DNA from: Leucoraja erinacea
Lineage: Eukaryota
DNA length: 64,000 bases
Direction of reading: 5' to 3'
Assembly (NCBI RefSeq): GCF_028641065.1
Contig: NC_073396.1
Coordinates: 10,044,001-10,108,000, forward strand
Shown here: piece by piece, positions 63,356 through 64,000 of the stretch
Numbering within the stretch: position 1 is the first letter of the stretch
Layout of the letters: every line of letters starts with the position of its first letter
The notes under the pieces: model-generated
What the model was told of the DNA's origin: nothing
The model's input: the letters and a program-made list of their open reading frames with translations, nothing else
Databases searched by the model: none
Program-made: the position numbers and the translations under genes

Positions 63356-64000
63356 ACGCACTATCATCTCTTAATTCCTGTTCAAGTGACAATTAATTTT
63401 GTCCCAATTATGGTCTCAAGAACTCACCCCACCCCTGACCTTAGCTCAGTTTACTTTTCTTCCAATTATTGAACAGGGTGTAACACTTCTCAACCGTTAG
63501 CAGCCTGGAGTTCTTCCTCCCTTGGGAATACCGAATGATCGTGGCACATCCTCCTGTATTTTTGTCCTCTCTTGATTTTGGCTCATCCTCAGTAACGTAG
63601 GATGTATCAATGGTTCAAACGTTTACTGGTTCAATGGTACTTTATTTATCACGTGTACAATGAAATTCATTTTTGTAACAGTTCAGTACAAATATCACTA
63701 TATCTAAGCATTTAGATACAGTACCTTAGATAAGCATCTCAGATACAGTACAAATATGTTTCGTGGTAGTGGTACATTAAGACAGTACACACCGTCGCCA
63801 GTTTGGCACCATTTTCAAGTCCCAGTCGTTGTAAGTGCAGAGTTTGCAAGTCCTGCGAGTGACTTTTCTATGTACTATATAACCGTTTAAAAACCTCAGA
63901 TTCATTTAGATTTGGACAGGTGATATTTCGAGTCGAGACCCTACTTCAGGTCTACCTAAAGCAAGACTAACCTTTCCCTGTTGAAATCTCATCCATTGTG

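Overview
Vertebrate genomic DNA, most likely from a cartilaginous fish (skate or ray), judged from its repeats: V-core tRNA-SINEs with CR1 tails, CR1, Rex1/Babar, RTE, Vingi and Penelope relics. The first 19.6 kb holds the 5' part of KATNIP (KIAA0556, katanin-interacting ciliary protein) on the minus strand. I reconstructed it by eye as a chain of phase-consistent exons starting in a CpG-island promoter with RFX X-box-like sites; the gene continues beyond position 1. One internal exon is interrupted by a 103-nt LINE-like segment. The remaining ~44 kb has no recognisable intact protein-coding gene and is dense in repeats. The most striking observations are: (i) two TSD-flanked short retroposons whose 5' ends fold into CPEB3/HDV-like double-pseudoknot ribozymes; (ii) many Penelope-derived repeats carrying a minimal hammerhead ribozyme core; (iii) an 85-bp insert beside the promoter with loxP/Crypton-like geometry that has captured local DNA; (iv) a minisatellite-bearing Helitron-like composite; and (v) a modular GC-rich retroposon family with swapped LINE tails. 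Almost all ORFs in the supplied track are repeat-derived or chance. All alignments and folds were done by eye, and repeat boundaries are approximate.
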